This document shows, piece after piece, positions 53,850 through 64,000 of a stretch of DNA of 64,000 nucleotides. Positions within the stretch are counted from its first letter, which is position 1. Each line of letters begins with the position of its first letter. Source of the stretch: Eledone cirrhosa. Lineage: Eukaryota. The stretch is from positions 48,732,001 to 48,796,000 of the forward strand of contig OZ024742.1 of NCBI GenBank assembly GCA_964016885.1, written 5' to 3'. The position numbers and the translations under genes were made by a program. The notes beneath the pieces were generated by a model. It saw only the letters and a program-made list of their open reading frames with translations, had not been told where the DNA came from and searched no databases.

Positions 53850-54790
53850 ATTATTTATTAGCCACAAGGGCACAAAAGAAGGGGACAAATACAAATGAGG
53901 AGTTTACATACAGGTATATGAAAATAAAACTATTAATAAAATAACAAAGAACAATTGAAATCCCCAATAGGGGAGGCGTTACACAGGGGTTTTACACACC
54001 TCGAAAACATGTACAATCCTCATCTCTGATAGCACCAAGAGTGTGTACTACGTTCCTCTCTTCCTCTTTTTCCTCAACCTACAGGCTTATATAGAGAGAA
54101 GGCCCAACCACTCGGGCCATCGTTGCCACATTCACCCACCTTTTATAAAATTGGCTGGGGTACAGCACCTCTCTCCATCCCGATTCTTCTTCCAAAATGA
54201 TATTTGAAAAAACGAATCAGTTGTTCGCCGGAGAGAAAGGTGTCTGACCTCAACCCTTTTAACCTCGTCCACCAACCTCTTTCACCATAGCCATAACACA
54301 TGGGAAAACCGCCTCTCCCTCGTTTTTGAAGGAGGGTGACGGTTTGATCAGGACAATGGACTCGGTGGTCAACTGGATTGGTCCCACTCGCGACAATAGT
54401 CGTTCTACATAGCCCCACAGGTCGATAACGCCCGGGAAGTGTACAAATGCGTGCGCGACGGTTTCCTTGTCGCGTACGCATCTCGGATAGAACTTTTTCG
54501 AAGGGTCACTGCCCGTGTCTGTAGAGCTTGTTTCGAACTGGTAGAGTTCCTCGGTAGCACTGCCAGGCCAGGGACTTTTGGAACTTGTCCATTGGTCCCG
54601 GGCGGAAGGTCCTACCGAACAGACTGGCCAGTTCGTTCTCCTCTACGCCTAGAGTTTCTCCGAGCGCGTCGTCGCACTTGCTGCGGACCAACCCTCTATA
54701 GAATGTCGAAGTGGAGTCTCCACTGATCGCCGGGTCCGTTTGCCAGAGGACTGTGAGCGCCTGAGCACATCCGATGTGCCAGTCGCCCAT
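53850..54790 (-). mobile_element. 5'-truncated Tx1-clade LINE (last ~940 bp)
   Basis: GDWHIGCAQAL...FYRGLV...PGPMDKFQKSLAWQCYRGTLPVRNKLYRHG, plus the family 3' end. Confidence 0.9.
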
Positions 54791-55076
54791 AGATAGATAG
54801 AGAGATAGATAGATAGATAGATGGATAGTTAGATAAATAGATAGATAGATAGATAGATAGATTTCTTTATTTACCATAAAGGCATAAAAAGAAGGGACAA
54901 ATACAAAGGGGGAGTTTACATATAATCGAGTAAAAAGGGTGTAACATGAAAATAATCGAATATAACCTCAAAAGGGAGGGGACGTGATGGGGGTTGCACA
55001 CACCCCCGAAAAAGTGTGCAATCCTTTGCCCGGGGAGCACGTGGAGAAGGTGCTCCCCTCTCCTTTACTTCTTTAC

Positions 55077-58000
55077 CTACAGGATGGTATACAGAGAAGG
55101 CCCATTTACACGAGCCATTCTCGCTACTATCACCCACCTTTCATAAAACTGCCTGTGGCCAAGCACCTCTCTCTCCATTCTTATCCTTCTTCCGAAGTGA
55201 TATCGGAAGAAGTAGACCAGACTATGGCCAGAGAGGAAGTTGCCTGACCTCAGACCTTTCAATCGTGTCCACCAAACAACCTCTTTCAACATGGCTATTA
55301 CGCACTGAAAAACCGCCTTTGCTTCCTTTGTGAAGAGGGGAGGCGGTTTGATTGTCATCACGGACTCGGCGGTCAATTTAATCGGCGCCACCCGCGACAG
55401 CAGTCGTTCGGCGTAGCCCCACAGATCAGCCACGCCCGGACATTGCACCAATGCGTGCGCAACGGTTTCTTCGTGACGCACGCATCTAGGGCAAATCTTT
55501 TTTGAGGGATCCCTGCCCGGGCGCCCGTGTCTGTAGAGCCTCTCTCGAACGGGTAGAGCCCCCCGGTAGCACTGCCAGGCCAGTGACTTCTGGAAGTTGT
55601 CCATTGGTCCTGGGCCGAAAGTCCTACCGAACAGGCTGGCCAGTTCGTCTTCTTCCATGTCCAGCGACTCTCCAAGGGTGTCATCGCCCCTGCTAGCCAC
55701 CAGCCCTCTATAGAATGATGATGTGGATTCTCCACCGATGGCCTGGCCCGCTTGCCAGAGAGCCCTGAGCGCCTGAGCACACTCAGTGTGCCAGTCTCCC
55801 AGTTTTCCGGATCTTTGCTTGACCCAGGACTGTAGCTCGGTGAGCGAGACGAGTCTCGGAAAGGCTCGTTTCACGAACGGAGCCCACACCGGTTGACCAG
55901 TGAGGAATACCTGTAGGTGCCGTAGCCTTAATGCGTGCCTACGCATCATCAACCACGGCATCCCCAGCCCTCCTTTCGAAGGTTGTTGGCAGCAGATGGA
56001 TCTTCTCACCATAGGAGGGCGCGTCTTCCAAAGAAATTGGAAGAGCATGCGTTCCATGGTGGTGAGTGTTTCCTTAGGGCAAGGCACGACAGTCAGGCGG
56101 TAGTAAGTGACGGACGCTATGTAAATGTTCGCCACCTCCGCCCGGCCTTTTAGGGACAGCTTACACTTGGCCCATTTCTGGGTTAGTGCAAACACCTTGT
56201 TCGTAACCTCGTTCCAGTTCTTTTCCACCTGGAGGTCCGGTCCAAACTAGACCCCAAGCAACTTTACCGGGCCCTCCGTCCAGTGTCCGACGACACCGTC
56301 AGCAGGCATCGGTCTGCCTCTCCACGTTCCGAGTTGCAGCCCGATGGATTTTTCCCGGTTCAGTTTCGCTCCTGACAACCCTTCGTACTCCTCCAGTAAG
56401 GTACTGATCGCCTCGATCTCCGAGTCGGTCGATACCATTACTGTTACGTCATCGGCGTAGGCTGACACCGCTTTGCTCAATCCTGGTTCCAGGGGGATAC
56501 CCTGCAACAACTGCAACTTCCTCAGTAAAGGCTCGAGAGTCAATACGTACAGAAGGGAGGAGAGAGGGCACCCCTGTCGAATGGATCGTGTGATTTCGAA
56601 CGGCTTCGAAAGGTAGCCGTTCACCTTGATCCTAGAACAGATGTGGTTGCTATGTAAGGCAGTTATCCAGCCTCTGAAAACAGGACCGAAACCAGCCGCC
56701 GCTAGCACCGCATCCAGGTAACCAGGGTCGACCCTATCGAAGGCCTTAGACTGATCCAAGTTGATCAGGGCCCCACCGAAGCCGGGTTTGTTGCCAACCC
56801 TCTCTATGATGTATCGCATGAGGTGGAGGTTATCGTGAATGGACCTGGATGGGATAGCACATGTCTGCGCATCGCCCACCAGGCCACCCACGACAAGCGC
56901 CAACCTCTTTGCTAACACCTTGGCCAAAATCTTTAACTCTGTGTTTAGCAGGGTTATGGGCCGAAAATTATTTATACTATCCCCCTTGTTCTCGTCCTTC
57001 CTCACCAGCGTGACTACGCCCTTGGCTACAGAACAAGGAATTCTCCCGTTCTGCTGCCAATTGCAGTAGATCGCTTCGAGGAGTTCGGAGAAGAAGACCG
57101 GCATTGCTAAATAAAGTTCGTAAGGTATACCATCGAGACCTGGAGATTTGCGTCTGCTGCATTGGCTCAGCGCATCTCCGATCTCATCAGCCGAGATTGG
57201 TCCCTCGCAGGACTCTGCCTCTTCGCTCGAGAGACGCGGCAGGCCGTCGAGGTATGGACCGAAATCCACGCCCCCGCCCGTACCCTCGCATCCCCCGAAC
57301 AATCAGGCAAAGTGCCTTTGAAAGGCCTCGCACATCTGCTTAGGCTCCCGGATCACCCGTCCATCTTCGTCTTGCAACGACCGGATGGTGGATCGATTTC
57401 CACTGTTAGCTTCTGTCACGCGGGCCCATCAAACGGCTTTGGTCCCCTCATTACCTAGAGCACGTATTTTACTTCGAATGACGCAGCCTTCGTGCTTTGC
57501 ATCGAAAAACTGGTTCAAGGCCGTCCTCGATGCCAGCACTCTGGCCGCATCTTCGCTCTTGATTGCCTCTTCTAATTTACCTGTTAATTCTTTCTCGTTT
57601 CTATTCCTATCGGCAGCTAACATCTTGCTATAACTTATTGATTCTGTTCTAATCTCTCTTTTGAGAGATGCCCACCATCGGTTGTTGACGATTGCACCCG
57701 TCAACCTCTCCTTAACTAATCTGCTAATCCGGTTTCTGTAAGTCTCTTTTGCCGGTAAAGACAAATTAAGTTTCCAATAACCGGGACCCTGTCTATGTGT
57801 TTTCTCGAGATTGACCACGCAGGTCACTAATTTGTGATCCGTGTAGCCAACCGTGCGCATTTCTGGACAGCTTAATATGTCCCTATCCTTACTTCTAACT
57901 AAGAATCTATCTAAGTACGATCTAGATTGACCACTGCGGTTTCTCCAAGTCCAGGTAGGCACAGTTGGAAAATCTAGTCGATATCTATCGACCAAGTTAA

Positions 58001-58513
58001 AGCGGTCGAGTAACCCCTTGAGGCTGTTACACCCCCCTCTATTAGGACATGCTCCTGCATAGTCCCAACGTGCATCCAGGATGTCATTCCAATCCCCCGC
58101 TAGAAGCAGGGAACGCGACGTTCCCAGAAAAGTCTCCAAACGCTGGAAGATGTCGGGCCGTTCAGCTCCGAAAGGGGAGTAGACGGCGACCAGTCTCAAG
58201 GCCGCACTTTCACTACTGCCAACGTCTAGCACCAACAAACGACCCTCTGGGTCCGAGTGCACAACCTGTACGGCAAGACCCAGGTGTTTTTGCAGCAGTA
58301 CGACAACCCCACCGCCACCTCCAGGTTGACAGAGAGATGCATGCACCCCAAAGTCATCGAAGGTGGGGCCAGCTGCCGCACGACGCTGATTCGAGTCTCA
58401 CAGATAACCATTACATTTATACTACATGACCTGAGGTCATTTAGAAGCTTTGCTTGCTTCCAAGTTGAGCCCAGGCCACGTGCATTCAAACATCCTACTC
58501 TTAACACATCCAT
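55077..58513 (-). pseudogene. Tx1 ORF2 (APE endonuclease, RT, zf-RVT; about 1145 codons)
   Basis: CLNARGL, ICETR, AGDWN, SYLDRFL, TDH, SPGLDG, NFRPITLLN, DQSKAFDRV, RQGCPLS, AYADD and CPRC..ETVAHALVQC. One frameshift near 58346 and in-frame stops at 57429 (TGA), 57303 (TGA) and 56247 (TAG). Confidence 0.93.
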
Positions 58514-58637
58514 GTGGGCGGCAGAACCAAAGGAGAGTGTAGAGACCTACCTTTCCGCTTCCCGGGGTTCGGGTTGCACGACTTCCATGGGGTCGGGGGT
58601 GTTGGGTGAAGAGGTGTCTTGTGGTGGTGTGGGGTCG

Positions 58638-60107
58638 TCAGTGTGTGGTGGGCTTGGGGTGTTTGGAGTTGTGTTGGGGGGGAAGGGGAGGGGGAAAGCT
58701 TTTTAGTAGGACGCGGTTTATGGGTTTGACAGAGGGTGGTCCTACGTCCTCCTTAAAATCCTTTTTTAGTTTTTGGTAGAGGTTCATTGGGATCTTTATT
58801 AATTTTAAATGTGGGTAGTTTTCTGACGAAACAAAGTTTACACCTTCGGTTTGTACCGAAGGATTATTGTATATGAGTTCATTTAATTTATTATTGTTTC
58901 TGTTGATGTAAGTATAGTGTAATGTCTTTTTTTCGGATGGTGTGAGTGTTTCGAAGAGGGGAGGGGCAGGTTTGGTTTTGTTTGTTGCTGGAGGGGTGTT
59001 TCCTGTTTTGTTGGATTGTGTAGAGATTTGGGTGGGGGTTGTTAGTCCTTGAGTGTTTTGCACATGTTTTCTTTTTTTCCTTTTAATCTGTCTGAAGGAC
59101 TCCGTTTCTTCCTCCGAATTCGTTGGGTTATCTTCAGTGTTGGAGGGAAGAGGTATGTTTGCTGGTAATGTTTCCGTGTTGGTTTTCTTTGTGGGGGAGA
59201 TGGATGTCACTATGTTAGACTGTGTTGTGTGTTGTGTCTGCGGTGGTTGTGTTGTTTTATTGAGTGAGAGGTTGGGTGGGCCTGTATTTTGTTTTGGGGT
59301 AATGTGTTGTGACTGTTTGTGTTGTGGTGGTGTTGTGGTTTTACTGAGGGACGGGTTGGGTGGGACTGAGTTTTGTTGTTTGTTTATCTGTTGTGGTGGT
59401 GGTGGTGGAGCTGGTGTTGGTAGCAGGGTTTTCTTTTTGGTGAGTTGGGGACAAGCGGCCTTCAGGTGCCCTCTGCCTGCACAGATATGGCAGGACGGCC
59501 TTCTCCCCTCCACGCTAATGTTTATATACCCGTGGTCTTCTAATAGGATTCTGTCGGGTATTTGGGCGATGCGTTCAGGCTTCATTTGCACTACCAGCTC
59601 TATACCTGTTCCACTGAACGCATTGTCTGTGGTTTTCCCAATGGAAATCACGTTGTCATTCACTGGATCGATGAAGCCAGCTATGAGCCAGCAGTAGTCC
59701 ACATCTGGCATCATTGCATCCAGCCATATGCGTTGAGTTCTTTTCCCCATATAAGATGGATAAAAGGTGAACTTTTTCGAACGAATCGGTGACAAAGCAC
59801 ATTTTTTTGCCGCCGATTCGTTCTTCATGATAATTGCTAGGCTTCCATACAGTCTGTCTTTTCTTATGAAAGTGGTTTCATTAAGTACTTCTGTGAGTAC
59901 TGTTTTGATATCTGCTTGAGAAGGCTGTTCAGGTTTTTTTGTACTGTTGTTGATAGTCCGAAACTTGACCGTTCGGCTTTCAATGTCTTTGGTGAATTCT
60001 TGAGGCATTTTTACCGATAAAATACCATTCTCTCCTTCACTTATGTATTGTTTGGCGTCTGTGATCCTTCGTGCCACATCTGAAATATTTTCCGCTATAT
60101 AAGTCAA
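58638..60107 (-). CDS. Tx1 ORF1 (gag-like, CCHC zinc knuckle); ends probably frameshifted
   Basis: 489 aa open frame with CHICAGRGHLKAAC followed by a P/T/Q-rich tract and a basic KRKKRK patch. Lies directly upstream of ORF2. Confidence 0.8.
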   Translation of the reverse strand: MTYIAENISDVARRITDAKQYISEGENGILSVKMPQEFTKDIESRTVKFRTINNSTKKPEQPSQADIKTVLTEVLNETTFIRKDRLYGSLAIIMKNESAAKKCALSPIRSKKFTFYPSYMGKRTQRIWLDAMMPDVDYCWLIAGFIDPVNDNVISIGKTTDNAFSGTGIELVVQMKPERIAQIPDRILLEDHGYINISVEGRRPSCHICAGRGHLKAACPQLTKKKTLLPTPAPPPPPQQINKQQNSVPPNPSLSKTTTPPQHKQSQHITPKQNTGPPNLSLNKTTQPPQTQHTTQSNIVTSISPTKKTNTETLPANIPLPSNTEDNPTNSEEETESFRQIKRKKRKHVQNTQGLTTPTQISTQSNKTGNTPPATNKTKPAPPLFETLTPSEKKTLHYTYINRNNNKLNELIYNNPSVQTEGVNFVSSENYPHLKLIKIPMNLYQKLKKDFKEDVGPPSVKPINRVLLKSFPPPLPPQHNSKHPKPTTH

Positions 60108-60694
60108 AGATTTCTTTGTTTTCTGTGCAAATGAAATCTTGTCGTCTGCTTTGCTTTATGGTGTTATTTTCAAATGTTATTTTTGTGTTTGTTGTGTCTT
60201 TGTTTGTGTTATTAGTATTGTCATGCAATTTTTCAAATTTTTTTTCTTTTCGTTGTTGGAATCCATGTCCAGATTTGTGTTTTCGTCATTTTTTTTCTCC
60301 GCAGATTCGTCTGTTTTTATTTTAATTTTTCCTTCCTTCTCTATGACGTTAGTTGGGAAGGAAGGGGGGGGGGACTAAAGCGTGCGAACTTACAACTCTT
60401 ACCGCTGTCCCCCCACCACTATTTTCGTTCGCTGCGTTTAACATTTCTGTTAGACGATTGAAATTTTTTACACAAAATTTTTTAAAGCAGGTTTTTCACC
60501 TCTAGGAGGGGTAAAGATGAGCTGACCCACCGCCTGACAGTTCAGACGGAGGGTCAAGCTACACAATTGTATCAAAATTAAGTTTGAACTCACAAAATTT
60601 CCTCAATAAATTTGAACAAAACTTCTGTGCGAAGTGAATGACATCCACACTGTAGAACAGACGACAGCTAGATTAATAGATAGATAGATAGATT

Positions 60695-60749
<55 letters not shown>

Positions 60750-60762
60750 TGATAGATAGATA

Positions 60763-61700
60763 TCTTTCTTTATTTGCCACAGTGCGTACAAACATGGGAC
60801 ATTACAAGGCGTGACGGCGGGGGTTTTATATAAAAATCATATAACTTTAATATTAATAATTAACAATAAACTATATATAATAAAATAATAATTGAAATCC
60901 TCTATAGGGGGAACGTTACTGCAGGGTTGTTTTACACCCCGTGGATAGAACAGCCCTCAACACCAGGTACACGTTTTGTAGGTGTTTCCCTCTTCCCTCT
61001 GTTTATCTTCCTCAACCTACATGTTTTTATACAGAGTCGGCCCATTAACTCGAGCCATTTTCGCCACATTCACCCACCTTTCAGCGAATTTACTGGGGTG
61101 TAGCACCTCTCTCTCCACTCTCACCTTCCTTCTGAAGTGGTACTTAAAGAAGGGGATGAGTTGTTGTCACGAGAGAAAGGTGTTTGCCCTCAGTCCTTTT
61201 AACCTCGTCCACCATAATACATCTTTCGCCATAGCCACCAGAGAGAGGAAGACCGCCTCTCCTTCATTCTTAAATGAAAACGGCGAGGTGATCCTCATGA
61301 TGGACTCGGCTGACAACTGGATGCATCCTACACGTAATAGCTGCTCGACATAATTCCACAGGTCGGTCACCCCTGGGCACTGAATAATTGCGTGCAGAGC
61401 GGTTTCGATGTCCTGCTCGTATTTTGAACAGGTCCTTTTGGCAGGATATCTGCCAGGGCATCCGTGCTGTAGATTTTGTCTCGAACTGGTAGGGCTCCTG
61501 AGGAGCACTGCCAGGCCAGTGACCTCTGAAAGTTATCCATAGGCCCTGGACGGAACGTCTTCTCGAACAGACTGGTCAGTTCGTCTTCCTCGATGCCTAG
61601 AGTTTCCCCGAGAACGTCGTCGCACTTATCCACCAATAATCCCCTATAGAATGTCGAAGTGGAGTCTCCGCTGATTGCCGTCCGCATTCGAAGTGCCAGA
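60763..61700 (-). mobile_element. 5'-truncated Tx1-clade LINE (last ~940 bp)
   Basis: AISGDSTSTFYRGL...PGPMDNFQRSLAWQC...IETALHAIIQCPGV...WWTRLKG. (GATA)n on both sides. Confidence 0.9.
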
Positions 61701-62267
61701 CAGATAGATAGATAGACAGATAGACAGACAGAGAGATAAATATGCAAATATTCAAGCCACGCTTGGTCGCTGGATACTACAAAGTCATACCTATATATAT
61801 AACTATAATTACTAGCAACTTTATGAATCCCAACTAATTAAGTTAATATCTGGTATAAGCCAATGATATGCTGAGGCATGTTAGAAGGTGCCAAGCACAG
61901 CATCTCCGGTGAATTTCGGACACTAACTATTTTTTTTGATAAAACATTTTTTTCATATTTATTCATTTATAAATTTACGTGTTTCATTCATTAGACATTG
62001 GATTTGTTGGGGAAACAGCTTGATTTATTTGATCATATTGATCTCAGAACCTATTTTTTCAAGAACTTATTTTGATTGATCACGTTGTTGTTTAACTGCT
62101 ACGATACGTGACACAACTCGTACACACTCTTAAAATAATAGATTAAAGTTTAAGCACAAAATCGCTGCTTTCACCCTTAAATATTTGCTCACGAGTTCTT
62201 CTATATTAGATATGTATTTATGCTTATCGAGCCCTTTTTAGATTTTAGTCTTCGCATTTATTATTAT

Positions 62268-62381
<114 letters not shown>

Positions 62382-62384
62382 CTT

Positions 62385-63720
62385 TGATAGGTTTAGGCCT
62401 GTATTGACCCAGGCCATGTCTAAGTTAATGGCACCACCTGGCGAAGTCTTTCAAATCAGGATTTGGATACCTTGGCCTACTCAAGTAGGGAGTTATTTTT
62501 TACGGAGGCATATCCGGCTGTAGGAGGTTTATCCGTGATTTCTTGAAGGCATTTGTACAAAGACTTCTTGAACTTTATGGGGTCTGTTTCTGATTTATTG
62601 TGTTTTGGTGTCATGAGATTCGAGTTTGATTTTTGTTTTGGGCCAATAGCACGGGGCCCAAGCCTTGGGTGTACATTAAAGGAGATGCCACCATCATTTG
62701 GGCAATCTGATCCAATATTTCCCACAGTATGCAGATAATGTAGCGCTCACGGCGGCGTTGGAGAGAATAACATTGGAGTTTTTCTATTCGACCCCAATAG
62801 TCAAGGCCTGTCATGCCATCTATCTTTTTTGTAATTGACCTTTGAGGAGCTTCAATTTTCATGATACTTTGTTTCGTGTGGAGAGACTACAGAAGACAAC
62901 AGTATTCAAGATGGGGTCGGAGAAAAGTGGAAAATTGAAGGATAATAGTGTAGATATCCCTCCACTGGAAAGAAAGTGACTTATTCATGATCTCACAACC
63001 CTCTCAAATACCTTAATGATATGAGATGTGAGTGAGATCGGACGGTAATTCACTTCAAGGGACTTGTTTCCCTTTTTGAAAACTGGGACAACAGACTGGG
63101 ATACAAATGTTCTTTTGTATATCCAGCACCCACAGGGTTCCTCCACAGATTAGCAAGAGGAGATGGAAGTTAGTGTTGACATACCTTCTTGACACACCTA
63201 CCGGGTTCTACTGCTGAATTGTGTTAATTTCGTTTATTGCCGCTAAGACATCAGGGCGCCAAACGTTATGTACGATATAGTGTGTTGGGGATTAACATCA
63301 CTGATACAGCCCAGATCAACTATATCAGGATTGCTGAAAACAGAGTAGTATTGTTTTTGCAGTATTTCACCAATGGTTTTGTCATTATCTTGGAGAGTCC
63401 CATTTTCATCAATTAGAGGGCCAACAGTGGAGCCAGTGACTTTGTGTGTTTTCGCAAATGAAAATAACATTTTGGGATTGAGTGTGAATGTCTCAATGGC
63501 CCAGGCCTCTTCACCTGTTCCTTGATTTTTGATGATGGATATCATGTTGTTTTGGAGGTTATGTTTCTTTTCGATTCTAGTGATTTAATGGCAGTCAAAT
63601 GTGTGTGTTGCTGCTGGCAGTATTCAAGTTCGTTTATTTTTTAAAAATTCTTTTAATTTTTCTAAGTGTTCTTCTATTTCACGGATTCTTCACTTAGATT
63701 TGTTTACAGATCTTAATGGG
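62385..63720 (-). mobile_element. Decayed CR1-clade LINE with an internal deletion
   Basis: RPHLEYCC, IEAPQRSITKKIDGMTGLDYWGRIEKLQCYSLQRRRERY and upstream NPKMLFSFAK...VGPLID...LQKQYYSVFS. The RT core is missing. Confidence 0.85.
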
Positions 63721-63724
63721 CTAT

Positions 63725-64000
63725 ATTTTGCAGTGGGCCGGATCCGGCTATCGTCCGATACCATCATGAAGATAAACATCGCTCCATTCTTTTGGCCGAA
63801 AAGGGCAAGCTGTTTTTCCTTTGTCTGGCGGCTGTGGCGAAAGATGTTTTGTGTTTCACTTGGTTGGAAGGACAGAAGACAGACAGTTTTCTCATCGTTC
63901 AATCGCTCATCAGCTTTTTAACTTTTCACATGGTAAGGAGAGGTTGGAGCGGGTAGTTCTTCCTCCAGTACATTTGCTAAAAGGTGGGTGAATGTTGCAA
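63725..64000 (+). mobile_element. Tx1-family 3' fragment running off the window
   Basis: VGRIRLSSDTIMKI...AVFLCLAAVAKDV...RWVNVA matches the ORF2 C-terminus. Confidence 0.75.

Larger units (their letters stand above)
54862..60665 (-). mobile_element. Full-length, disrupted Tx1/L1-clade non-LTR retrotransposon
   Basis: 5' UTR, gag-like ORF1, APE-RT-zinc finger ORF2, short 3' UTR with AATAAA. Bounded by (GATA)n on both sides. Confidence 0.93.

Noticed and set aside
56247-57431. Programmed readthrough of the in-frame TGA/TGA/TAG in Tx1 ORF2
   Set aside because: Contexts (V*WAR, FA*LF, LGV*FG) fit CGA>TGA and TGG>TAG decay, and the ORF also has a frameshift.
59053-59697. 214 aa plus-strand ORF
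   Set aside because: It is the antisense shadow of the low-complexity part of Tx1 ORF1.
53850-61700. LTR-like arrangement of the two ~940 bp copies around the full Tx1
   Set aside because: The copies are clearly diverged from each other and from the central element, and they are ORF2 3' ends. They lack TG..CA termini and a PBS.
63895-63920. CTGATGA on the minus strand as another hammerhead
   Set aside because: It lies in Tx1 coding remnant with no consistent stem II, GAAA and stem I.

Overview
AT-rich animal genomic DNA, probably a coleoid cephalopod such as Octopus. That assignment rests on my recall of the SINE families and the microsatellite load and is unverified. No host protein-coding gene is recognisable. 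The window is a graveyard of retroelements set in (TA)n/(CA)n/(GA)n/(GATA)n microsatellites. It holds five Naiad-type Penelope-like elements (PLEs; 11640-15320 is nearly intact with two nonsense codons) and Neptune-type PLE fragments. It also holds a full-length but disrupted Tx1/L1-clade LINE flanked by two truncated relatives in a (GATA)n array, decayed RTE, R4/Dong-like and CR1 LINEs, and about 10 tRNA-type SINE copies. The most notable signal, folded by eye, is about 20 hammerhead ribozyme (HHR) motifs from many unrelated families. They sit at PLE 3' ends and in short non-coding fold-back or direct-repeat elements. Many have palindromic stem III or long stem II inserts, some have U3-A8 compensatory cores, and one is a possible type III topology. 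Most long ORFs in the supplied track are microsatellite artefacts. All structures and alignments are by eye.
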